Part shown: positions 50,444 through 64,000 of the stretch, one piece after another
How the letters are laid out: every line of letters begins with the position of its first letter
How positions within the stretch are numbered: the first letter of the stretch is position 1
Origin: Bigelowiella natans CCMP2755
Lineage: Eukaryota > Protista > Cercozoa
Length of the DNA: 64,000 bases
Direction of reading: 5' to 3'
Assembly: GCA_000320545.1 (NCBI GenBank)
Contig: ADNK01003270.1
Span: forward strand, 42,979 to 106,978
Position numbers and translations under genes: made by a program
Notes under the pieces: model-generated
Seen by the model: the letters and a program-made list of their open reading frames with translations, nothing else
Databases searched by the model: none
What the model was told of the DNA's origin: nothing

Positions 50444-50859
50444 GTGCTTGAAATTGTGATTGTTATTGAAAAATCATCATCATCATCATTTTCGCCTAGA
50501 AAGCCCCTTCCTTCCTTCCTTCCTTCCTTCCTCCCCTTCTTCCAGATCAACATCATTCAGACGGCGACGATAATCCAAAGCACTCCATTGATTGGATTAA
50601 TATTGATTTGGATTATTATTGATTGACAAGTAAGTACCATAGCGCAACCAGAAACAAGAACCAGCCAATGACCACAATCATTGCCTAAGGATGATGATGA
50701 TGATAATCACAATTGTGATTAATAGTTTGTATGTATGTTGTAATACACACACGTACTACACCCTACCATCATTTCCTTCAAGAGAAATAATGCATCTCAA
50801 AGGACGGAGGATGTAAGGGTTGTTTGCAAGGATTGCCACACACACACACACACACACAC

Positions 50860-50899
<40 letters not shown>

Positions 50900-51434
50900 G
50901 CATATATGTATTATATTACAATGCTGTGATATTGAGTTGCATAAAATTTATTTCTTCTTTTCCTTTTCATTATTTTTTGCATTTTCATCCTCTTTATACA
51001 TGTTTCCTAACCTTGTGGGAGTAGTAATTATAGGCAGAAAACAGTGGCAGCATCGACCAATTAGGACATCCCACCTGAATTAGACAGAAGTAACGAGAAA
51101 TGTGAAGACTTGCGGGAACAAAGCATACGTACAGCTTACTATCATCGTCATCATAAGGAATTACTATTGTAAGGAGCAGAGCCTCTACAAATAACAACAA
51201 GAATAATACTAATAACGATAAAATAATAATAAAAAGCTACTGCTTGTTGGAACGACGTATCATCTCTTCTTCTTCTTCTTCTTCTTCTTCATAATATATT
51301 ACCTTGGGGTCATTACAAAAGATGAATAGTCCATAGATGACTGCTGGTAGACCGATCATCATAGAGCACACGCCCAATGGTCCTCCAAATTCCATATCGG
51401 TGGTTGTAGTACTACTACTACTACTCTTCGTCAT
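45743..51434 (-). CDS. ERG24: Delta(14)-sterol reductase, ERG4/ERG24 family (spliced)
   Basis: [75 protein letters not shown] and [23 protein letters not shown]. Confidence 0.93.
48412..48642 (-). repeat. 7 x ~33-36-bp tandem repeat spanning an ERG24 exon end and 5' splice site
   Basis: Minus-strand unit TACTCAACATCTTTCAACTCATATAC|GTAAG. The outermost copy is the real exon end (LLNIFQLIY). Confidence 0.9.
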
Positions 51435-51669
51435 TTTTCTTCAAGAAATCAACGAGATCAATTAGGCCTCCTCTTTCTCTCTCACCGTTACTACTCTTTA
51501 CACGTAGTAGTAGTAGTAGCAGCGACAGCAGTAGCAACAGCAGTAGCAGTAGCAGTTTCTCCTCCTCCCCCTAGAAGATGCGTGCTACGATGTCTGTCGA
51601 CGTTCATCCAACGACGCCTTCAGCACCTACGACCTGCTATGATGCCACGATTGACACGCGATTTTACTC

Positions 51670-52457
51670 TTGCGACAACCTATACTAGCCGCCTTTCCGC
51701 CTCTGCGACACCAACAACGAAAACAACAACAACAACAACAACAACAACTCAGGTCTTCTTCATCCGACCTCCACGAGGACGGGAGGAGGAGGAGGAGAAA
51801 AGAGAAGCAGGAGGAGGAGGAGGAGGAGGAGGAGGAGGAGGAGGGGAGGATCAACAGAGAAGATAAGTACAATTACAACAACAACAACGTAGGACTAGTT
51901 ATTACTCGAAGCACATCGGATCCTGGTGGTGGTGGTGGTCCTGTTGGTGGTGGTAAGCTCACTATCACACGAGGAAGTTGCAGTACTTACTTAGCAGCGG
52001 CAGGAGGAGGAAACAGAATTACCAAAAACAGCATTATGATGATGACAATGATGATGATGGAGCTGGTCACAAAAGTTACGATTTTGATCTTCCTCTCCTC
52101 CTCTCTCAGCAGCAGCAGTAGCAGTTCTGCAAATGATGATGATGCTGCTGCCTTATCGCCAATGCTTCGAAGTTCCAGGAAAATGATGAATATGGGAATT
52201 AATAATAATAATATGGGAATTATTATCAATTCTGGAGCTGGAAAGAAGGCGGGAGTGACATCAACGCGTCGTCTTCCTTCTCCTCCTCATCCTCTTTCTC
52301 TTTATAGTAGTAGATTATCAAAGTCCTCCTACGACTGCACAGGCTTAATTGGAGGTCGGGAACGTCGAGTACCAAAACCATATCCACCTGGTTACGAATG
52401 GGAGCCGGGTCAATTACCATTTATGCTTGAAGGCGACGAAACACTAGGAGTAAGAAT

Positions 52458-52500
<43 letters not shown>

Positions 52501-53595
52501 CGAAAAGAGTGTAGTATCACCCATCGAATAAGAGTGCTGCTTTAGAGATTATTAATTTAGCGTGTTTATTATTACCCATTTTCATTGAACATGTTACAGC
52601 TCAACATTAGAGTAGTCATCATCATAGATTTATTATTACTTATTACATCATAATCATGGAGGAGCACAATAAATGTTAGTGGGCCTCATTAGTTGATTTA
52701 TATTTGGTATTTACCTGAAAATCGCGAAGGAATTGCTTCAGCTCGCAATCCAAGCTTACGAGGGTCCAACTCGATATGCTTCGGTAGGAGGAAGGGGGAC
52801 AACAGTTAGTGTTAAGAATGCAGGCTACCAACCAGGCACTGAAATTGGTGACCCAGGTTGTAGTAGTACTAATAACTTGTGCGCCCTTTCCGATAATTCA
52901 TTTGTACGGCGTGTGCAGCGTGTGAATTATTTGTGCGTATTTTGTTGTCTCCTAAAAGACTTTGGTAATAATACCTTTAACAGGTGGTGATACTGCAACA
53001 ACAGGAATAGAGACGACTGCTGCTGCTGGTGGTGGTGGCGCAAAAACAGTGACTGGGATTCAGACAATGACTGGGGCAAAAACAGTGACAGGGATTCAGA
53101 CAATGACTGGGGCAGAGACGGTATATTATTATTAGCTACTAATTTAAATCAACATATTGTCAACAATGCGCTACTATTTTTATTCTTAATATTATTAGTA
53201 ATAATATTAATAATAATAATATCCAAGGAGATAATCTCATCATCAATACAATTTATCGTCACGCTGCTCACTAATCACAAAAGTATTAGTATAGTTAGAG
53301 AAGAAGAGTGGCAATTTGATGATAGTAAGACAGAAAGGGAGATAGACAAAGGAGGAGGAGGATGGGAAGAAGAAGCCACTGACTGTGAACTTATCAATCG
53401 ATCACCAATCACTCTCTCTCTCTAATGCGATTTGTTGTTGTGTTATTATTGTGTTTATGTGGTGATAATAGGTCAGATTAGGTTCCGAGACAGCAGCATC
53501 GATTGGAACATCATTAAGGGCTGTAGGAGGAGGAGGAGGAGGAGCATATGTACATAATTTTAGCAGCAGTAGTAGTAATAGTATGTATATATGTG

Positions 53596-53627
<32 letters not shown>

Positions 53628-54107
53628 TGTATGTACGCGTATTGTTGGTTTATGTGATTTGTATGTGTATATGTATGTATGTATGTATGTACGCGTATTG
53701 TTGGTTTATGCGATTTGATGGTGGTGCTGCTGCTGCTGAGAAGAAGGAATCAATGAATTTAGTTTTGAGCAGAAGAGGTTATATACTATCATCTTTAGTA
53801 CGACACTGCCTGCAGGGTTAACCACAAGTACTACTTTCTTCAATCTATCTCTGCTGCTTTGCATGGGCCTTTTGTTCTTTCTCTTCTTCAGACAGCAGCT
53901 TCTACTCTGACCGCTGGTGGTGGTGCGAGAACAGTGGGAGGAGGAGGTGCGACAACCATTGCAACTGGGGTTGATGAAGATTCAGGAAGAAGGACTGTTG
54001 TGGGTGCTAAAACTGATATTGATGGGGCAGAGACTTCTGTGTTTCAAGCTCTTGATGATGACAAGCCAAACATTGTAAAATACCAATCACACCTTACCAC
54101 CACCAAT

Positions 54108-54139
<32 letters not shown>

Positions 54140-54517
54140 GCTGTGATAATGGAGAAAAGATGAAGAATACCATCCCCAGGCAGGCACATGCATGCATATA
54201 AATTGCACTATCATCATCAACATCATCATCATCATCATCATCATCATTATCATCATCATGTAATTAGTTACCTCCCTATCATCCATCTCCTTCCATGGAG
54301 AACTCTCCCAATGGAACTTATGATGATGATGATGCCTTTTACTACTACTCCTCCCTATCATTATCCTCCTCCTCCTCCTCCTCCTCCTCCTCCTCCTCCT
54401 CCTTCCAGGGAGAACCTAATGGAACTTATGTCAAAGACGAAATGGGATTCAGGCGAAGGGTCTCTTGCTGCTGCTGCTTGCTGCTGCTTGCTGCTCTGCT
54501 GCCTATTATTGTCGTCG

Positions 54518-54568
<51 letters not shown>

Positions 54569-55150
54569 GTGCGTCATGCATGCATGTATGCTTACGTCGT
54601 CTTATGGCTATTCATTCTTATGAATAAAGAAGAATAGTAGCTTATTTGCGGCCGTTTCAACATCAAATCATCAAATTACCAAATCATCATCATTGCATCA
54701 TCACATCATCTTCAAATCATCATCATCATCATCATGCAGAAAGAAAGTCTGATGCAAAAACCGATGGATATACCCAGTATTCTAAGACGAGTATTATACG
54801 AGAAAGTTGTTGTAAGAGTTACAGATGGCTCATTCGTCAAGGGATATCTCATCGCTGTCAACTTAGAGTACTAAACTCAAGTAGCTGTAGTAGTAGTAGT
54901 AGCAGTAGTAGTAGTAGTAATAGCAGATCTCTCTCTCTCTCTCCATCTCTTCCTCTTTTTCTGTGTGTATGTTATGTGGCGGGAAGGAGTGGGGCAGTTG
55001 AGGTTGGAAATGAGGCAAAATAGAAATAGCTAGTGATGCAAGAAGGGGGCTTTATTTGTCTGTTCTTCTCTCAACACAACAACAACAACAACAACAACAA
55101 CAACACAAAGGCCAAACATATGATCAGAGAGACTGAGTGTATTATAAATA

Positions 55151-55182
<32 letters not shown>

Positions 55183-56509
55183 TTTTGCGATGAGGATATG
55201 GTGTTGGTCAATCATGAATTCATTCTTCATGAAATGTTGTATCGTGTTGTGGAAGAACCATAATATATTATAATTTGTAGTATACACTGATCAATCTTCC
55301 AACTATCGTTTCTTTACACTACAGCGACTCAACTGTACGACTAAGTGGTGTGCAAATCTTCCAACGTTCTGATAAGTTTGGGTATCATCTTCTTTCTTTG
55401 TCGAGTAGTTAATTAATTAATACGCTGAATAATAATGTTTTAGATTCTCCTAAGCTATGATTGAATGATGATGTCAAATATCTTTTGCAATTATATTGTC
55501 GTTGTGTTCTTTCAAATGGTGAGCTAATGCAGATAACCATCGTACTACATAGGTGGATCATAACGCACAAATGCAATGAAGTGGAGGTGATGATGATCAT
55601 AATCATGATGATCATGATGATGACGACGATGATTATCATGTGCATCTAGACTTGCATCATATTTACAAACACTCGCATATTACCCCTTTTGACACTTACA
55701 CTGTTATCATATGTTGACATGTAAAGATCCACGGAAACAGTGTTCTAAGCTACTCTTTCCCGGTAAGCATCATATGCATGCAGCATCAGGAAATATGCAG
55801 CATAATCAGGCAAGAAAGTGCTTCGCTTCATTAGTAGTTGAGAATACCAAGAAAGATGATGAATAGTACGATTGTGTGAACAAATATTAAAAAGGAAATA
55901 AACGACATGTCTACTTTGTGGTTGCGGCAACAAAGAAAGGTGTACTACTACTACTACTACTACTTATTAATAATAATGAATTAAGATAACAAATAACAAG
56001 GGCAAGATGCTTTATGATAAAAGTAATGCACCACTAACTATTGACAGTTTATTTGAGAATGTAACAAACATAGCCATATACAAAAAGCATATAATTATTA
56101 TAAGATAAGTGCATAATACTATTGTTGCACACATTTGGATGGATATCAGTTAATATAAGGGCATAATACTATTTTACACACGTTTAAATGCATACTATTA
56201 TATAAGGGCATGATACTACTGTTACACACGTTAAGATGCAGTATTTATTATCCCCGTTCATTTTGTTAAAGGATGCATAGCTTGATGCCTTTCTTTTCTC
56301 GTTGCTATTCTTCTTGTTGTTATTCTTCGTCTATTCTTCTTCTGTTATTCTTCTTCTTCGTCTTCTTCTTTCTTCTTCTTAGGCTCGACTACGTGCCCCA
56401 TCAAGAAGTGAAAGCACCTCCCCAGAGCCTGAGTTTGATGAAGAAGGACATCAAACAAATAAGCGGTAGGAGTGGTAGTGGTGGCGGTGGTTATAGTAGC
56501 AAGTTCTAG
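51670..56509 (+). CDS. Hypothetical low-complexity protein with a hydrophobic segment (many exons, model uncertain)
   Basis: ORF 51670..52545 plus GT-AG-bounded exons (YASVGGRGTTVSVKNAGYQPG, Thr/Gly repeats, LDYVPHQEVKAPP..SSKF*). No family recognised. Confidence 0.5.
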
Positions 56510-57819
56510 TAGCCGTGCTGATTGTTGGTGCAACAAACTAATGTAGGTATGTGTGTGCGTGTTTGCTTTTTTGCGTGTGTGTGTGAGTGGGTTGAAGTAA
56601 GCACTTTTACCTCAAATAGCTCTTCTTCTAAGCAGCTAATCTTGATTCCAAACGCTACTACACGACCCAATAAAAACTTGTGATTGTCTTGTAGGTATCA
56701 CGATTTTCATGAACATTTGAAAGACTGGATGACACGCTTTGAACGTAATAATAAAAACTCGTCGTCGTGTACTATGCACTTTATATAAACTTGCTTTTAT
56801 TCTATTTTGCCATAGTACTAATGTCCATTTGGATTCAGGCAGCGCAACTGGTGGTCGCAGCAGTACTATCAGCAACGTCAGAGAAGACGCCGCTGAAGTT
56901 CCTCTTCCACCTCCAGATGAAAATCCGACTCCAATGTAATTCATTGAGCAAGGGACTGTTTTGATGTGCTGTGTTTGCATTCGGTGTAGTAATTCATGTT
57001 AATTACTAAATCTTCTCTCGGGACACAAATTTTGGACAGCAGTGTATTCATGTGAGCTAGTCTAGTAGTCATGTGTGTGTTGTGGCGAATAACGAGATGT
57101 ATGCTCAGTCCGTAGTGTCGTACGTGCATGTATGTAGTATCATGGTATACGTACGTGAACTAGTATACAACTAGCTTGTGCCGGTGTGCGACAATGATCA
57201 CACGTGCACAGTGTATTTCGTATGCATGCCATGTCTCATCTGTGGTCAATATTGAAGTACGCGGGTCTGTGCGAAGCTAGAAAGCGCTCAGCGCTATAGT
57301 AGAGCGGCGTTTGCAGTGCTAAAATTCCATTTGCTCATTGATTGCACAATGCATTTCAAATAGATATGTAGCCCGTGTCGTCTGTCGTCTGCTTGTTGTT
57401 GGTGCGCAACAAAGCCATCGAGCGCAAGCTGCGGAGCTACGATGCGGCTCACGTTCGCAATTTAATACGTGCATAAATCTCAAATAGCTAGATAGGTAGG
57501 TCACGCTAGCAGAACGCCACGTGCAATAACGCACATCAATACATGCACGAATTACACAGGTAGGTAACGCCACGTGCTATGTGCAACGCGCATCAAGCGA
57601 AGCTCATTAGATCAGAACAGAAGGGTGCAGCACCAACTATGCGATCGAACACTAAATTGTGCAAAATGTAGCAGTCCTTTTATAATGTACATTTGTCACC
57701 AACAGCTACAAGATTATGCTCATGCTGCCATTCCTCCACAGTTCGCAGGTAATTTTGTCTTTCGTCCTCGCTTCATTCTTATCATCCGCAGAAATTGTAC
57801 TGTGACGATGAAAAACTAT

Positions 57820-58492
57820 CTATCTGCAACCATTCATATAATTCCTTGGCGGTTTACCGAGCATACCATTAGCATGGAGGAACTCCTTCAACCTGCTCAA
57901 TTTTTGAGGATCTGCAGGAGGGTAGTAAATAGTAGTGGATAATGATGAAATCATGATGATTGAGATAATGAGTATCATATTAGCTGAGAGGATGGATCGA
58001 GCAATTAACAATCATGTCATGGCTAGTATAGAATCTTCCTAAAAATGATATATGGGACTAATATTGATATTATTGAGTAGAGTGTTGCGGATAATAACAA
58101 CAACTCTTATCTTACATCTTTGCTGCGTTTGGATAACAACTGGTGCAGGTTCGATGCGGAGTCTCATTCCCCCCTTGAGGTAGAGATTCGTATAGTTTAA
58201 GAAGATAAGATTAGTGAAAAATAGGAGGAACAATATATCAGCGGTATATGATTCATGGCTTTACATTACTCTTCTTTACCGTGGTTTTGTGCTTCTTCTT
58301 AGGATGTTTGCCCCCCTCATGTTCCTTTTTTTGGATGATAGTGTTTAGAGTGGTGTTAGGGGGGGGGGCAGAATTTTCATTATTCGCAAAGTAGTAAGTC
58401 GCCCATTTTAATATGCTCTCTCTACCTACCCCCCATGTCGTTACTTGCTTGTTAATTAATCAAAAATAATTGCTGGCTAGTCAATATGTGTG

Positions 58493-58534
<42 letters not shown>

Positions 58535-59352
58535 TGCATAAAGTACAATAGAATACAAAAAAGACAAGGAGGAGGAGGAAGAGGTGGTGGAGGAGGAGGA
58601 GGAGGGGGGATAAACTTGTACTGTACCATCATTTTCGGATCGGGGAGATTACGATTTTGAGCATCTTCAATGACCTGAGTATTGTATTTGTAGTGAAGAA
58701 TAAAGCAGAAACAGTGACACACAAGAAGAAGAAGAAGAGGAGGAGGAGGAGGAGGAGAAAAGGCCATTGCAACAAGAAGTGCATTATAATTTCACAGTTG
58801 TTCTTATCTTCCTCCCCCTCCCCCTCCTTTGTTTTATAACCAGAGCTTGTTTGAGCTTTAAGTAGGTGGTTACGGTAAGTCCCAACTCCTAAATAATATG
58901 TACACCATCATCCACCATATAACTACAATGCATATCAGTCGCTACTACTGGTACTGCTACTACTACTACTACTACTACTACTACCACGATATTGAGCTAG
59001 TCTGCAGGTACTACTATCAACTACTAGTGAACAAAAACTGTGACAGCACACACACCATAGTAGTCGTATTTGTAGTAGGTAGGTAGGTAGGTAGGTAGGT
59101 ATAGGCAGTACCTTGATGATGTCTTTTTCCTGTGCAGAGAGCATCTCTGATCCATCAGATTCTATTGTTTTGTAGTAGTAGTAGTAGTAGAAGTAATACA
59201 ACGATATGTCGTCAATGTAATGTTGAAAGATGAAGAAGAAGAAGAAGAAGGAGAAAAATAAGTAGCAGCGGCAGTATCATACATCATCCCCATCCTCATC
59301 CTCATCATCATCGTACGTACGTACGTATCATACATCATCGTCATCCTCATCC

Positions 59353-59384
<32 letters not shown>

Positions 59385-59882
59385 GTATATCTACCCATGA
59401 TAGCCTTGCGTCTATTTTCAATGCCAAGAGTGTTGGAGCTGGCAGCCTATAGAATATAGTAGTAGTAATAATAATAATAAAAGTGTTGAATAATGATAAT
59501 ACAACAACAACAACAACAATCAGAATAACAACTAGTGGTATAATAACAGTAATAATAATTATAATAACAATAATAATAATTGTAACAACAATAATAATAA
59601 TGATAATTAATAATATTTTCTATCATCTTGATATACACCGTTGTGTCCTGGTGGTGGTGGGGACGGTGTTATGTACAGTTATGAGCAGATCGAAAAAGAT
59701 GCATGTATGCATGTATGCAATAACACGCATCTGTGCAGTATTTAAATACACCTGTATCATATATTAGTGTACTACACCCATCTGTGCAGTATATACATGC
59801 ACATGTATCACATATTAGTGTACTAATTTCTACTGGAACAATATGACACACCACAAGTATCATCTTTTCATCATTGTTTTTT

Positions 59883-59915
<33 letters not shown>

Positions 59916-60000
59916 GTCATCTATGTTCTCTCTTCTAGCAGCTACTGATGATCCAATCGTATGATGACGATGATGGTAATGATTGCTACTACTACGTGTC

Positions 60001-60031
<31 letters not shown>

Positions 60032-60465
60032 CCTTCTTTTCCGCTCATAATTATAAGCATCTATCTCCTGCTTAGACCGCAAGCCATTCCTGACACAAAC
60101 ACAACCGAATCAAATAAATCAATATTGATCGTTGCGTCGTGATAATTTATTTATACCCATCATGATCATGATCATGATCTACCTAGCATAGCATAGCATA
60201 TACTAGCAACCTTAATGTAAGCTGCGAATTACTGATTTCTTTCGTAGCGATGCTTCAACTGATGAATTGGATCACGACGATGATCATCATGCTCCGACAA
60301 CAATTATGTCAAAGAGAGACTATATAATATATACATATTGTAATAACTCTCACTCACCACCACCAGCAGCACCTTTACTACTACTACTACAAATTACTAC
60401 TACTGCTACCTTTCATTCCCTCCACGAATTTTTCAAAATCTTCTTGAGGTAAGAACCTTCCGAAA

Positions 60466-60501
<36 letters not shown>

Positions 60502-60972
60502 TCATCATCCACCACCACCAGGACACAATAAGATAATAACGACGATATATATAGAAAGATAGCTAGATAGTAGACAGTATCATGAAGAAAGAACAAAAAG
60601 AGAGTTTCTATGAACCACCACCATCATCATCATCATCATCATCGTCAAACACCTGAAGTTGATCCATGAACTCCTTATCATCCTTATTCTTCCTTTTTTC
60701 CCTCTCCAGCAAATTACGATACATAACGAATTGCTTCCTCTCCCATCGTCCTGTAGTAGTAGTAGTAGTAGTAGTAGTAGTACATTATTATTTCATGGTG
60801 ATCATCATGCTTCAATGCATGAGTATGCTTGGTAGCTACAACCTCCTCCTCCCTTTTAGTATGTATAAATGTGTGTTGTGTGTGTTGCCAGTATTTGGAT
60901 CATAACTATGTGTACATGTGTGTGTTGTGTGAGTTGCCAGTATTTGACTTCCCATCGATTAAAAGAACCCTT

Positions 60973-61014
<42 letters not shown>

Positions 61015-61440
61015 AAAATGATAATACCGTTGATCCAAATATTATTACTATCTGTGAATACCTTTACCATTTCTCATTGATTCTTTCTCCTCTTGTTATC
61101 ATTATTATTATTATTATTACTATTACTATTATGTTAATACTTAATAATTACCATCGAGAATGGTGCCGTACCATCGCATCATCTCCAATTTTAACTCTAA
61201 ACAATATAAATACGACATGCATATTAATCGAAATAGGACGATACGTTTTTCCTGTTTCGTTGCATACCAGTAACGGTACTGGTAGTAATGATGATGATGA
61301 CGATGATGATGACGATGTAATGATAATCAATAAGAACCTGTTTCCCTTTCATTATCGGTTGGTTTGAACTCCATGTCAGCAACGACCCTCTCCTATCATA
61401 GAGCACCACCATCCATGCACAACAACAACAACAACAACAA

Positions 61441-61471
<31 letters not shown>

Positions 61472-62261
61472 CCAACCATAGGGATGGGTGGATCGTCATA
61501 TGTAACAGTAGTAATAGTAGTGGTAGTAGTAGTAGTAATAGTAGAACTATAGCTGCTGCTGCTGCAATTTCTCTCACACAATAATTAGTAACCTAATATA
61601 ACCCAATTGCTGCTATCAACAAAAATTTAAAACACTCACACACATTCTCAACAATTGTCACAATTTGTTGGAAGAAACTAGTAGTACAACGATATAATTT
61701 AAGGACGGTGAATACATATTTTCATGCTTGTTGTTTGTTTGTTTCTTGTAGGACGAAGTATGATTTACTTACAGCGTCATTTTCCCATTCGCTATCGTAA
61801 TCATTACGCTTTGGTAAATATCTGAAAGAGGAGAGGTTGTTTTAGATCATAGGAGAGGAGAGGCACTCATCAAGAGGATATCGTCGTGTAGTAGCACACA
61901 ACAAATGTCATGATAATATGTGGCGAAAGTGCTTGGAAATAATTTTTGTATTTCTTGATCATATTGGTAACACCATTACGTTTTCATAGGAAACTGCTAC
62001 TACTAGTAGTAATAGTTTTGAAGGGAATAGAGTGCTCTTCTTCTTTTAGTAGTAATAGTTTTGAAGGGAATAGAATGCTCTTCTTCTTCTTTTGACCACC
62101 GTCGTTTACAATATTTTCCAATAAAAAATAATGTGGGGCAGTATTAGACTAGTAACTTTGAAGAAGAAGATATAGTGCTAGTACATACATAATAGTGTGG
62201 TTGATAATGAATATTATAACCCTAACATTGCCCCTAGACTCCCTTGTCGGTAACCAGCCTG

Positions 62262-62296
<35 letters not shown>

Positions 62297-62508
62297 AAAT
62301 TTGCATAAATAACAATCCCCCTATCTTTGAGGAGTTGTAGTCCTTAATACTATTACTAATAATAATGATAAATAATAATGGAGGAGACCTTACTCCCATT
62401 GTAGTTTTCCTGTGAACCTGGAGTTCTGTTCATCATGGGTAGTAGTAGTACCACAAACAACAGCAACAACAACAACAACAACATAATAATGAGAAATATA
62501 ATCATAAT

Positions 62509-62547
<39 letters not shown>

Positions 62548-62917
62548 AATAATAATAAGGATAACACTCCAAATCTAGTACACGTCTTCTAGATTAACTG
62601 CAATTAGTGGTGCAAAAATATTATAAGTTTTGGAGTTGAGTGAATTCTCCTATTGGTGAGTGGTGTTATTATTCTGAAATTGAATACGCGAAATCGAGCG
62701 AAGAAGGGCTATGCGATTGATATTTTTCTTTTCTTTGTACTCTAATTAATATCTGTTATACTAAGCTAAACAGTAATCTCTAGTAATACGATGGAATTGG
62801 TGCTGCTTTTGGCTTAATGGGAAACTCCAACGACTATCATAGAGGATATGTAAGGTATAAAAAGATCAGATATTAATAACAACGTCTGTCAACAATGGTT
62901 TGTGGTGTCAACAGTGA

Positions 62918-62952
<35 letters not shown>

Positions 62953-63698
62953 GTAACATGTGCTCGTGGGAAAATAGAAATTAAATTACGATGATGCCCA
63001 ATATAGAGATGATGAACTAAAAATGAAAAAACACCAAACATTCCTAAATTTTCCCAACATCTTTATTTCTGTTGACCCTATCCATGTTACACAGTCAGCA
63101 GTACTATGATACTGACCGGAAGGGGGGGATCTCCACCATTTTCAAGATACACATCTTCATAGTGCCTCTCGCATTCCTTTATTTATCATAGGAAGTTAAA
63201 GCAACAACAACAACAACCGAGTAGTGAGATAGAATTAATGTGTCTTTGAAATTATTGAGAAGAGGTGAGCTAGAGTGCTAATGGTGTATAGTTGTGTTTG
63301 AAAACTACTATCTACCTCCTTGGACTTTGTGCCTATATGCTCTGCAATGTCAACCCAGTTTCCAAACCCACACCTTATAAAAGAGAATATTTCAAAATAA
63401 GAAAGATGGGAAAGAATAAGGATAAGTAATTAAAAGAAGGAGGCGAAAGGGGAGGAGGAGGAGAAGGAAGAGAAGAGGAAGAACGAGGTTGAAAGACAGG
63501 AAACAGAAGAAATATAGCGAATCTGAGCAGCAGATCTTCGTGGAGGCATAAACAGTTGCTGTCGGTCTTGTGGATGCTTAACTGTTCAATGCCTTCAAGC
63601 AAGAGAAGCTCTTCGTCTGCACCCCAGCCTTCGTCAAAGATGGGAGTGGTGACGTGATACATGACCCTGTACTTGTGGGTGTTGACGTGGGGGTGAAC
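57820..63698 (-). CDS. ADA2: Transcriptional adaptor ADA2 (SAGA complex; spliced, 5' part beyond the window)
   Basis: HKYRVM..PIFDEGWGADEELLLLEGIEQ|CGFGNWVDIAEHIGTKSKE|ECERHY (SANT), YDSEWENDA, ADMEF, VFGRF..EDFEKFVEG and a SWIRM-like end (YLKLKQAL..DPQKLSRLKEFLHANG). Confidence 0.92.
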
Positions 63699-63738
63699 CT
63701 ATAGTAGTATATTATCATAGTATCCCAAATTCAGACAG

Positions 63739-63823
<85 letters not shown>

Positions 63824-64000
63824 TGTGTGTGTATATGTGTGTGTGTGTATATATATATATACATATACACACATACATATACACACACACACACACAGAC
63901 ACACACACAGACAGACACGCACGCACACAGACAGGCACACACACGGGCAGGCAGTGTGTGTGAGTGTGAGAGAGTGAGAGAGAGTGTGTGTGTGTGTGTG

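Noticed and set aside
46400-64000. Numerous short ORFs of poly-Ile/Met/Tyr/His/Ser or alternating YI, CV and TH
   Set aside because: These are translations of intronic microsatellites.

Overview
Eukaryotic nuclear DNA, intron-rich and rich in microsatellites. Several genes start with a signal peptide plus a transit-peptide-like leader, which suggests a secondary-plastid alga, most likely a chlorarachniophyte (inference). I can trace about 15 spliced genes by hand: a CTP-transferase-like membrane protein, bacterial-type glucokinase, RRS1, Tousled-like kinase, a papain-family protease, an unannotated 127-aa leader-bearing protein, a coiled-coil protein, a BAH/zinc-finger protein, a KHA-Ras fusion, a degenerate Rieske-like protein, a tandem GNA1-like GNAT protein, a di-ubiquitin-like protein, ERG24, a hypothetical protein and ADA2. 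There are also two MITE families. The strongest unexplained signal is non-coding. Every spacer downstream of a gene 3' end is a 0.3-2 kb domain in which TpA is partly to almost completely erased, except in CTAG. Duplicated sequences differ by TA vs CA/TG, and a MITE's probable TA target-site duplication now reads CA...TG. Head-to-head promoters and introns keep TpA. This looks like a targeted, RIP-like T>C/A>G hypermutation process acting on TpA. Exon boundaries and dinucleotide counts were done by eye and are approximate.
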